Shown piece by piece: positions 47,241-54,325 of a stretch of DNA of 54,325 bases (positions within the stretch are counted from its first letter, which is position 1; every line of letters starts with the position of its first letter). Source of the stretch: Gemmatimonadota bacterium (GTDB lineage: Bacteria; Gemmatimonadota; Gemmatimonadetes; Palauibacterales; KS3-K002). Below the pieces are notes generated by a model, which did not search any database, had not been told where the DNA came from, and saw only the letters and a list, made by a program, of their open reading frames with translations. A program made the position numbers and the translations under genes. The stretch covers positions 1 to 54,325 of the forward strand of contig JBDHJS010000022.1 of assembly GCA_039586795.1 (NCBI GenBank), given 5' to 3'.

Positions 47241-48023
47241 ATGAAGATCCCGCGCCTCGATATCGTTCTCTCGACTAGCACTATCTTCGTCCTCGCCCTC
47301 TCGGTGCCGAGCGCGGCTCGAGCTCAAACCGACGAGCTCGAGCGCAGAATTCCACGTGAGCGCTTCAAAATATCGGCGGCGATCCTGGCGGGCGTTCCCG
47401 TGGGAGAGTTCGCGGAACACGTCGAGTCGGGCGTCGGCGCTGGGCTGTCCGGTACATACTTCGTTGCTGGCCCACTGGGGCTGCGGTTCGAGACTTCGTG
47501 GCTGTTTTATGGCAGCACCTCGCAGATGCGGCCATTCGAACAGGCCTACCAGCTGGTGCCCGATCGAAAGCTCGAACGCTTCAAGGAATCGAGCGAAGTC
47601 AGTATCAGCAACCATCTCATGTCGTTCCTGCTGGGACCGGAGCTCTCCAGCCGCATAGGTTCGGTCACCGGCCACGTCGCAGCAGGCGTCGGGTTCACCG
47701 TCTTCTTCACGGAGTCGACCGCCATCCTCGAGGACTTCTACTACGACGAGGATGAGGGAACGCTCAAGGACCTTTCGGTAAGCCATTTCAATCACGGTCA
47801 CGCCACGCCGGCCTGGTCGGTGGGCGGCGGGCTAGCCATCGACCTGATGGAGTACCTGAGACTGACGTTCTCGGGCCGCTACCTCCACCACGGTCAGGCC
47901 GAGTACTGGAACAAGGGGAGCGTCCGCAGCGGCGCCGGCGCTTCGCAGCTCGTCTTCAGCCCCGTGAAGAGTTCCGCGAACCTCATGATCTGGGAGATCG
48001 GCGTGTCGATTCCCATCGACTAG
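47241..48023 (+). CDS. Outer-membrane beta-barrel-like protein
   Basis: Signal peptide ending ARA-Q, PVGEFAEHV..G.G, amphipathic beta-strands, ends IGVSIPID; AGGAGG RBS. Confidence 0.7.
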   Translation: MKIPRLDIVLSTSTIFVLALSVPSAARAQTDELERRIPRERFKISAAILAGVPVGEFAEHVESGVGAGLSGTYFVAGPLGLRFETSWLFYGSTSQMRPFEQAYQLVPDRKLERFKESSEVSISNHLMSFLLGPELSSRIGSVTGHVAAGVGFTVFFTESTAILEDFYYDEDEGTLKDLSVSHFNHGHATPAWSVGGGLAIDLMEYLRLTFSGRYLHHGQAEYWNKGSVRSGAGASQLVFSPVKSSANLMIWEIGVSIPID

Positions 48024-48254
48024 CGCCACGCTCGACGAAGCGGCTCTGCAACCTTTTGCCCCCGTAACTCGTCTTAAAGGGCGAGCCCCGCACATGAGTA
48101 TCCTGGCCAGCCAGTCCAACTTGCTCCTCGTGCAGGCCAGGTCGCTTGGAGACATCGCGCTGTAAATGAACTGCCGATCCGTACCACCGAACGGTGAGAG
48201 CGTCGCGGCGTCGCGTCGCTCTGTCCTGCTATTTTGTTTCCCCAAAGGAGACGC

Positions 48255-50597
48255 ATGATGCGACCGTACGTATCCAGCCTGATCGCACTTTCTTGCCTGC
48301 TCGTCTTTCCACCTCTTGTCAGCGCGCAGAGCTACGGCAGCGCCCTGGAGCGCCCGGTGGCGAACCCGGTGGTCGCTTCGCAGGGCTTCCAGCGTGCCGT
48401 GGAGCGTGAGACGCGCACTACAAACGGTATTCCGGGCCCGCGCTACTGGCAGCAGTCGGCCGAATACACGATCACGGCGCGCCTCGACGTGGACGAGAAG
48501 CGACTCGAAGGCACGACACGCATCCTCTACCGCAACGAATCGCCCGACAGCCTGCGACGTCTGGTCGTGCAGCTGATCCAGAACTTCCATCGCGACGACG
48601 CGCCGCGTATCCGCTCAGCCGAGATCACCGGCGGCTACTCGTTGTCTCGCGTTGTAGTGGCAGGCGAGATCCTCGAGGAGCTACAGCCGCTACGTGGTGC
48701 CGGGTGGGCGATGAGCCAGACCAACCTGCTGATCAATCCGCCGGCGCCGGTGGCGCCGGGCAGCTCGGTCGTGATCGAGATCGACTGGAGCTTCCTCATC
48801 CCCGCGGTGGGCGCCGGCGGCCGCATGGGCTGGAACGACGACAACTTCTTCTACCTCGCCTACTGGTATCCGCAGATGGCGGTGTACGACGACGTGGTCG
48901 GCTGGCACACCGACCCGTTCCTCGGCATGTCCGAGTTCTACTCCGGGTTCGCGGAGTACGACGTCACGCTCGACGTGCCGCAGGGTTGGTTGGTCCAGGG
49001 CACCGGCGAGCTGCAGAACGAGGAGGAGGTGCTGGCGGAGCACATCATCGAGCGGCTGCGCCAGGCCGAGGCGAGCGACGAGGTCGTACGCGTGATCACT
49101 GAAGGAGACCTGCTGTCGGGATACACCCGCATCGCTGATGACGGGCGGCTGCGCTGGCGCTTCACCGCCGACTCGGTGCGCGATGCGGCCTACTCCGTCA
49201 CCCGCGAATCGCTGTGGGACGTCGTTCGCGCCGATGTGGGCGACCGGGACGGTGACGGCCGGCCGGAGTACTCCCGCGCCGAGGCGATCTTCCGCCCCGA
49301 GCATCAGCTCTGGCACGAGGGCGCCCGCTACGCCCAGCACAGTCTGTGGTTCCACTCGCGCCAGATGGGGTTGCCGTATCCCTACAGCCACGGCACGGCC
49401 GTGGAGGGCGCGGGCATCATCGGCGGTGGCATGGAGCACCCGATGATGACGATCATTGGCGGCTATGATAACGGAAATCAATACGGGCTGTACGGAGTGA
49501 TCTCACACGAGCTGGCGCACAACTGGTTGCCGATGATCGTTTCCATCGACGAGCGGCGGCGCGCCTGGATGGACGAGGGTACGACCAACTTCAACACGGC
49601 CGATGCCTTTGCGGACTTCTTCCCCGACCTGCCCACTGGGTCCGGCAATTTCCAGGGTTACACCGGCCTGGCCCGCACCGGACACGAGGGCGCGTTGATG
49701 CGTTTCTCGGACCGGCTGGACTCGCCGGGTCACTACGGCGTGCATGGCTACAGCAAGCCCGCGTCGCTGCTCATCAGTTTGAGAAACCTGCTCGGCGCGG
49801 AAACGTTCAACCGTGCCTACCACGGTTACGTCAACACGTGGGCCTACAAGCTCCCGAAGCCCTGGGACTTCTTCAACTACTTCAACGCCGCCACCGGTGA
49901 GGACCTCGACTGGTTCTGGCAGACCTGGTACTACGAGACCTGGACTCTGGATCAGACGATCGAGAGTGTGACCGCCGGACGCAACGGAACCGAGATCGTG
50001 GTCCGCGACAACGGCGATGCGCCAATGCCGACGCGTCTCACCATCACGCTGGCGGATGGCGAAACGCTGCACCGGGAGATCCCCGTCAAACACTGGCTGA
50101 GTGGAACGCGAGAAGCCGTGGTTATGGTGCCGGCCGGTAACGACGTGACCCGGGTCGAGATCGATCCCGATTTTCCGGACGTGATGGGCAAGAACAACTT
50201 CTGGGACCGCCAGACGGATGATCTTCCTTCATCGTGGCCGCTTGCCGTACGCAGCGACCTGGTCCGCCGCAGCAACTGGGCCACCGATGCCGGCTTTCGA
50301 CCGGAGGGCGAGCTGTTAAGCGGCTCGGCCGCACACAGAACTTCAGACACCCAGGCCATCACACTCGAGGGCGGAGTGGAGTACGCCATCCTCGCCGTCT
50401 GTGGTGACGACTGTTCGGATATCGATCTAACGATCACATCGCCATCCGACTCGACGCTGGCCACCGACACAACGCAGGACGATTGGCCGCGTATCACGTT
50501 CACGGCACCCGTCACCGGTCAGTACGACCTGACGCTCACCATGTATACGTGCCGGTCGCAAACCTGCGCCTGGGGCGGACAGATCTTCCGCCGCTAA
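48255..50597 (+). CDS. M1 family aminopeptidase with extra C-terminal domain
   Basis: GGMEHP, HELAH...WMDEG zinc motif, YSKP; signal peptide; AAGGAG RBS. Confidence 0.9.
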   Translation: MMRPYVSSLIALSCLLVFPPLVSAQSYGSALERPVANPVVASQGFQRAVERETRTTNGIPGPRYWQQSAEYTITARLDVDEKRLEGTTRILYRNESPDSLRRLVVQLIQNFHRDDAPRIRSAEITGGYSLSRVVVAGEILEELQPLRGAGWAMSQTNLLINPPAPVAPGSSVVIEIDWSFLIPAVGAGGRMGWNDDNFFYLAYWYPQMAVYDDVVGWHTDPFLGMSEFYSGFAEYDVTLDVPQGWLVQGTGELQNEEEVLAEHIIERLRQAEASDEVVRVITEGDLLSGYTRIADDGRLRWRFTADSVRDAAYSVTRESLWDVVRADVGDRDGDGRPEYSRAEAIFRPEHQLWHEGARYAQHSLWFHSRQMGLPYPYSHGTAVEGAGIIGGGMEHPMMTIIGGYDNGNQYGLYGVISHELAHNWLPMIVSIDERRRAWMDEGTTNFNTADAFADFFPDLPTGSGNFQGYTGLARTGHEGALMRFSDRLDSPGHYGVHGYSKPASLLISLRNLLGAETFNRAYHGYVNTWAYKLPKPWDFFNYFNAATGEDLDWFWQTWYYETWTLDQTIESVTAGRNGTEIVVRDNGDAPMPTRLTITLADGETLHREIPVKHWLSGTREAVVMVPAGNDVTRVEIDPDFPDVMGKNNFWDRQTDDLPSSWPLAVRSDLVRRSNWATDAGFRPEGELLSGSAAHRTSDTQAITLEGGVEYAILAVCGDDCSDIDLTITSPSDSTLATDTTQDDWPRITFTAPVTGQYDLTLTMYTCRSQTCAWGGQIFRR

Positions 50598-50630
50598 CGA
50601 AGCGGGCGCCTGGTCAATCGCTCAATAAAC

Positions 50631-50659
50631 AGCTCGGCCGCCGATCTGGCGGCCGAGCT
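50631..50659. terminator. GC hairpin between convergent genes (possible bidirectional terminator)
   Basis: AGCTCGGCCGCC-gatct-GGCGGCCGAGCT with A-rich 5' flank and short T run on the 3' side. Confidence 0.55.
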
Positions 50660-50701
50660 TTGCTGGTTGGGGGGTTGGGGCGAAGATCTGCTGGCGAGTC
50701 G

Positions 50702-50857
50702 TTACGGCGCGCCGGCCGCGATCAGCGAGAGGGAAAAGTAGAGAAACCAGCCGGCTAGGCCGGCGTAGATCGTCAACATGGCGAGCATCTTCGCCGCGTT
50801 CATCCCCGGGTCTGCATGCTCTCGAGCGGATTCGTTGTCTACCGTCAGCGTCTTCAT
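50702..50857 (-). CDS. 51-aa single-TM microprotein (below the ORF-track cutoff)
   Basis: Hand translation MKTLTVDNESAREHADPGMNAAKMLAMLTIYAGLAGWFLYFSLSLIAAGAP*; GGGAGG RBS; directly downstream of P5. Confidence 0.7.
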   Translation of the reverse strand: MKTLTVDNESAREHADPGMNAAKMLAMLTIYAGLAGWFLYFSLSLIAAGAP

Positions 50858-50932
50858 CTCTTGTCCCTCCCGGCTGTCGTCCCTACGTCAGGGGGCGCCT
50901 GGGCAAGCGCCTACGAGCAACAGCATGGGCCC

Positions 50933-51009
50933 ATCCTACAGACCGCCTATCACGAAGACGATCACGTGCCGATCATGTCGCGGCGGCTCGGATCATGTAG
51001 CGATCATTC
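50933..51009 (-). promoter_or_regulatory. Five-box direct-repeat promoter P5
   Basis: Minus-strand boxes AATGA 51008, CATGA 50997, CATGA 50977, CGTGA 50966, CGTGA 50954, all followed by T (11/20/11/12); TAGGAT at 50938-50933, 16 nt after the last box start. Confidence 0.8.
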
Positions 51010-51090
51010 TGGCGCACATCCTTGAAAAATGGGCGTCATCAAGGCATACTCCGCGGACCCTAAGCGACAAATCGAGCCGTGGAGATCGTC

Positions 51091-52494
51091 TTGAAATCGA
51101 AGCGAAGTCTTTGCAGCGCAGCATTCTATCTCGCCGTAGTAAGCTGTCTCACGCTACCAACTCTTGCTCGCGGTCAGACCGCCGAGCCGGCGGTTGGCTC
51201 CATCGCCGACGCCTATCGTGACGCAGCGAACCAATTGATCGACGCGGCTCTAGCCGACAGCGCAGCTTACGCCCGGCTGACCGAGATGGTCGATCGTTTC
51301 GGTCCTCGCTTCAGCGGATCCGAAAACCTGGAGCTCGCCCTGGATTGGATCCTGGCGGAGATGGAAAGCGACGGGCTTTCGAAGGTCCGCGGCGAGAAGG
51401 TGTTGGTTCCCCACTGGGTGCGTGGTGAAGAGTCGCTGGCGATGGTCGCGCCGCGTCATGAGAAATTACCGATGCTGGGACTGGGCGGCAGCGTGGGCAC
51501 ACCCCCGGAAGGTATTCGCGCCGAGTTGATGGTCGTGTCTAGCTTTGACGAGCTGGATGCGCGGAAGGACGAGGTCCCGGGCAAGATCGTGCTGCTCAAC
51601 GCGCCGTTCACGAGCTACGGTAAGACGGTCACATACCGAGTGATGGGCGCGGTGGCCGCGGCACGTTACGGCGCCGTCGGCAGCATCATCCGCTCGGTGA
51701 CGCCGTTCTCCATGCGCACACCGCACACCGGCCAAATGCGCTACGATCCCGACGTCGAGCAGATCCCCCACGCGGCCATCACCCTGGAAGACGCCGACAT
51801 GCTTGCGCGCATGCAGGAGCGCGGCGAGAAGATCGAAGTGCTGCTCAAGATGGAAGCGCAGACGCTGCCCGATACATGGTCGCGCAACGTGATGGGTGAA
51901 GTCGTCGGTTGGGAGCACCCGGAGGAGATCATCGTCCTCGGCGGTCACATCGATTCGTGGGACGTCGGACAAGGTGCCATGGACGATGGCGGCGGCGTGG
52001 TCGCCGCCTGGGAGGCGGTCCGCCTGATTCACGAGCTGGGCCTGCGTCCGCGTCGCACGATCCGCGTGGTTGGCTGGACAAACGAAGAGAACGGTCTGCG
52101 CGGCGGCCGCGCTTACCGCGATATGCACCTGAAAGAGCTAGCCAATCACGTCCTCGCCATGGAGTCGGACGGCGGCGTGTTCAAGCCGTACGGCTTCGGG
52201 TTCAGCGGCTCTGACGAAGCGTACGCGATCATCAAGGAGATCGGGACGCTGCTCGACCGGATCGACGCCGGCGAGATCACCCGGGGCGGCGGCGGCGCGG
52301 ACATCGGCCCGATCATGCGGGACGGCGTCCCCGGCATGGGTCTCCGGGTGAACGGCGAGAAGTACTTCTGGTACCACCATACCGAGGCCGATACCATCGA
52401 CAAGCTGGATCCGCGGGAGATGGCGCAGTGCGTGGCGGCGATGGCGGTGGTGGCGTATGTGGTGGCGGATATGCCGGAGCGGTTGCCGCGGTAG
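51091..52494 (+). CDS. M28 family carboxypeptidase Q-like peptidase
   Basis: FGPRFSGS, VPHWVRG, PHTG, GGHIDSWDVGQGAMDDGGG, TNEENG, YFWYHHTEADT; TTG 51091 or GTG 51079 start. Confidence 0.92.
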   Translation: MKSKRSLCSAAFYLAVVSCLTLPTLARGQTAEPAVGSIADAYRDAANQLIDAALADSAAYARLTEMVDRFGPRFSGSENLELALDWILAEMESDGLSKVRGEKVLVPHWVRGEESLAMVAPRHEKLPMLGLGGSVGTPPEGIRAELMVVSSFDELDARKDEVPGKIVLLNAPFTSYGKTVTYRVMGAVAAARYGAVGSIIRSVTPFSMRTPHTGQMRYDPDVEQIPHAAITLEDADMLARMQERGEKIEVLLKMEAQTLPDTWSRNVMGEVVGWEHPEEIIVLGGHIDSWDVGQGAMDDGGGVVAAWEAVRLIHELGLRPRRTIRVVGWTNEENGLRGGRAYRDMHLKELANHVLAMESDGGVFKPYGFGFSGSDEAYAIIKEIGTLLDRIDAGEITRGGGGADIGPIMRDGVPGMGLRVNGEKYFWYHHTEADTIDKLDPREMAQCVAAMAVVAYVVADMPERLPR

Positions 52495-52531
52495 GTGGTA
52501 GGTGGTAGGTGGTAGGTGGTAGGTGGTAGGT
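52490..52531 (+). repeat. Six perfect GGTAGGT tandem repeats
   Basis: (GGTAGGT)x6; the first unit contains the TAG stop of the M28 gene. Confidence 0.9.
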
Positions 52532-52626
52532 AGTAGGGGTGGTTGGTAGGCGATTCGCTTGACCCTACCCCCCCCAGTAGATTAATTGAGTGTAGCCCCA
52601 GCCGAGCCCTCGGCAGGTGGGTGGGC

Positions 52627-54114
52627 ATGATCTGCTCGGCGCCCTTCAGATATCCATACCCGCTCTCAGGTATTCGCATCCTGCGCACCGTTGCGTTGTG
52701 GGTCGCAGCCGGTGGCGCGATTGCATTGATGTCGTGCGGTGATTCCACAGAACCCGACCTTCCTCATTCTGCTTCGTTAGCACCAGGCGACTCGACGATC
52801 TGGAGAGGCGATTCTCTGCGGGTCACGGCAGTGGTTGAGTGGACGTCGGGGCCGCGTACGCCGGAGACGGTGGCATGGGCTGTCTCCGACAGTTTCGTGA
52901 TAGATCTCGCCGTGGTAGCAACGGGTGTGGCGAAGGTGGAAGGCGTAGGCGCCGGCACGGCGTGGGTCACCGCGATCATCAACACCGAGTACACCGATAG
53001 TTGTGAAGTCACCGTCGTCGAGGGTGGTGACGTCTTGTGGCGCAGGGGACTCTCGGCTTCAGGCTCGTATGCCGGACCGGCCCTGGACGACCAGGGTCGG
53101 ATCTACGTTTCGGTTAACCAACCCGATTCGCTCATCGCCTTTCGGCCGAACGGTGATCTGATCTACCGGGCGCCCGCCTGTTGGTCGTACATAGGGCCGA
53201 GTGTCGCGCCCAGCGGGGTGGCGTACGCCAACGGGTTCGACTGCATGCAGCAACACGGGCCTGACGGGGCGATCGATTGGACCGTACCGTTCGGATCGAT
53301 GGACGGAGGACTCGCCATCCACTCGGATGGCTCCGTCGTGGCGCTGAACGTGGACTGGAACACCAATCCCGCATCCGTAGTCCTGGCTCAAGTCACAGCG
53401 AGCGGCGACACCGCCTGGAAAGCCACGCTGGGCACCACGACCGAGCCGTGGCAGAAGACCGCTCCCGCCATTGCGTCGAACGGTGAGATCTACGTCAACT
53501 GGATCGACGAGTATGCCTGCCCCTGCTATCTGTCCCGGGTCGGTGCAGACGGTACGATTCGCTGGACCGTTCCCACGGCAGGGCAACTAGCTGCCGCCAC
53601 GCCCGCTCTTGTAGATGATCGCATCGTCTTGAACTACCGGCGGGGCGGAGTCGAGGTCTTCGACACCACCGGCACATCGATCTGGCACGAGGACTGGGAT
53701 GCTGTTACGGGCTCGTCGGCCGCAGTCGATGGCCAGGGCAATATCTACGTCCAGGGCAATGGAGTGAGCGCCGGTCTTCGCAGCTATACGCGGGATGGCA
53801 CTCTCCGCTGGTCGGTCGATACCCTCAGCACGATCACCGGCTTTGCCTCCAGCAGCCCTACCTTGCTCACCAGTGGGGACCTGCTTGTGACTTGCCGCCG
53901 GGAGCTCTGTTCGGTGGACATGAGCGACGGATCGCTCAACTGGAAGAGGTCATACGCGGGCGATGTTCGGGGCGCCCCGGCCGTGGCCGACGACGGGACG
54001 ATCTATATCTTCGCCGGCGAGTATCTCGTCGCCATCCCGGGCAGCTCGCCGCCGGTTACGGAGGGCTGGCCCACGGAGGGCGGCGGCATGGGCCGGTTGC
54101 GACGACAGAGGTAG
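52627..54114 (+). CDS. Lipoprotein with Ig-like domain and PQQ-like beta-propeller repeats
   Basis: Lipobox LMSC, Big_2-like segment, repeated PA...G.IY and G...W motifs; start uncertain. Confidence 0.75.
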   Translation: MICSAPFRYPYPLSGIRILRTVALWVAAGGAIALMSCGDSTEPDLPHSASLAPGDSTIWRGDSLRVTAVVEWTSGPRTPETVAWAVSDSFVIDLAVVATGVAKVEGVGAGTAWVTAIINTEYTDSCEVTVVEGGDVLWRRGLSASGSYAGPALDDQGRIYVSVNQPDSLIAFRPNGDLIYRAPACWSYIGPSVAPSGVAYANGFDCMQQHGPDGAIDWTVPFGSMDGGLAIHSDGSVVALNVDWNTNPASVVLAQVTASGDTAWKATLGTTTEPWQKTAPAIASNGEIYVNWIDEYACPCYLSRVGADGTIRWTVPTAGQLAAATPALVDDRIVLNYRRGGVEVFDTTGTSIWHEDWDAVTGSSAAVDGQGNIYVQGNGVSAGLRSYTRDGTLRWSVDTLSTITGFASSSPTLLTSGDLLVTCRRELCSVDMSDGSLNWKRSYAGDVRGAPAVADDGTIYIFAGEYLVAIPGSSPPVTEGWPTEGGGMGRLRRQR

Positions 54115-54129
54115 GTTTTGGAACTCGCG

Positions 54130-54325
54130 ATGCTTCGCTACCGACGCGTGATTACGATCTGTCTCACGGCCTGCGCCGCCGCGGTCTGGCTGGCGTGCGG
54201 TGAGAGCTCCACGGGGCTAGGACCAACGCTCTCGGCTTCCCTCGCTCCACAGGATACGGGAATCGTCCACGGCGATTCGTTCAGGGTCGAGGCGGTCGTT
54301 CAGTACGAGAATGGAACCGGCCAGG
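54130..54325 (+). CDS. Paralogous lipoprotein, runs off the right edge
   Basis: Hand translation MLRYRRVITICLTACAAAVWLACGESSTGLGPTLSASLAPQDTGIVHGDSFRVEAVVQY aligns with CGDSTEPDLPHSASLAPGDSTIWRGDSLRVTAVVEW of the upstream gene. Confidence 0.75.
   Translation, partial: MLRYRRVITICLTACAAAVWLACGESSTGLGPTLSASLAPQDTGIVHGDSFRVEAVVQYENGTGQ

Noticed and set aside
10325..51200. Long antisense or alternate-frame ORFs (for example 10325-11419, 16160-17494, 31258-32481, 44502-45914, 50778-51221)
   Set aside because: Shadows of real GC-rich genes with no motifs; 50778-51221 overlaps P5 and the better-supported minus-strand peptide.

Overview
GC-rich bacterial chromosomal window; gene content and style suggest Gemmatimonadota (inference). 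The left ~32 kb is mostly housekeeping: a partial aconitase-family gene, DUF2203, PLP enzymes, thyX, an Nfu N-terminal domain, a PD40/TolB-like lipoprotein, SDR, Nudix, rsgA, dinB, a sufBCD-sufU-Rieske-sufS operon with Fur-like boxes, an orphan ABC permease, queG, mqnD and DUF1015. Six secreted peptidases are spread across the window. An accessory island at ~32.9-43.0 kb holds three membrane-anchored SARP/BTAD-type regulators. The main discovery is a promoter architecture present five times (32.9 kb +, 37.0 kb -, 42.35 kb +, 42.75 kb +, 51.0 kb -). Each copy has five direct-repeat boxes (consensus about RCMTGAY, TGA invariant in all 25) spaced 11/12, 20/21, 11/12, 11/12 nt, and the last box starts exactly 16 nt before a -10-like hexamer. 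These promoters point only at microproteins (two are paralogous single-TM peptides missing from the ORF track) and at a tandem pair of structured ncRNA candidates sharing a GGAGGCTYGTYC/GRACGAGCCTCC closing stem. The candidate system is a transmembrane SARP-type receptor regulon whose outputs are small proteins and small RNAs; the regulator-to-box link is inference. Intergenic spaces also carry many hairpins built from 6-8-nt tandem repeats. No rRNA, tRNA, CRISPR array or transposase was seen.
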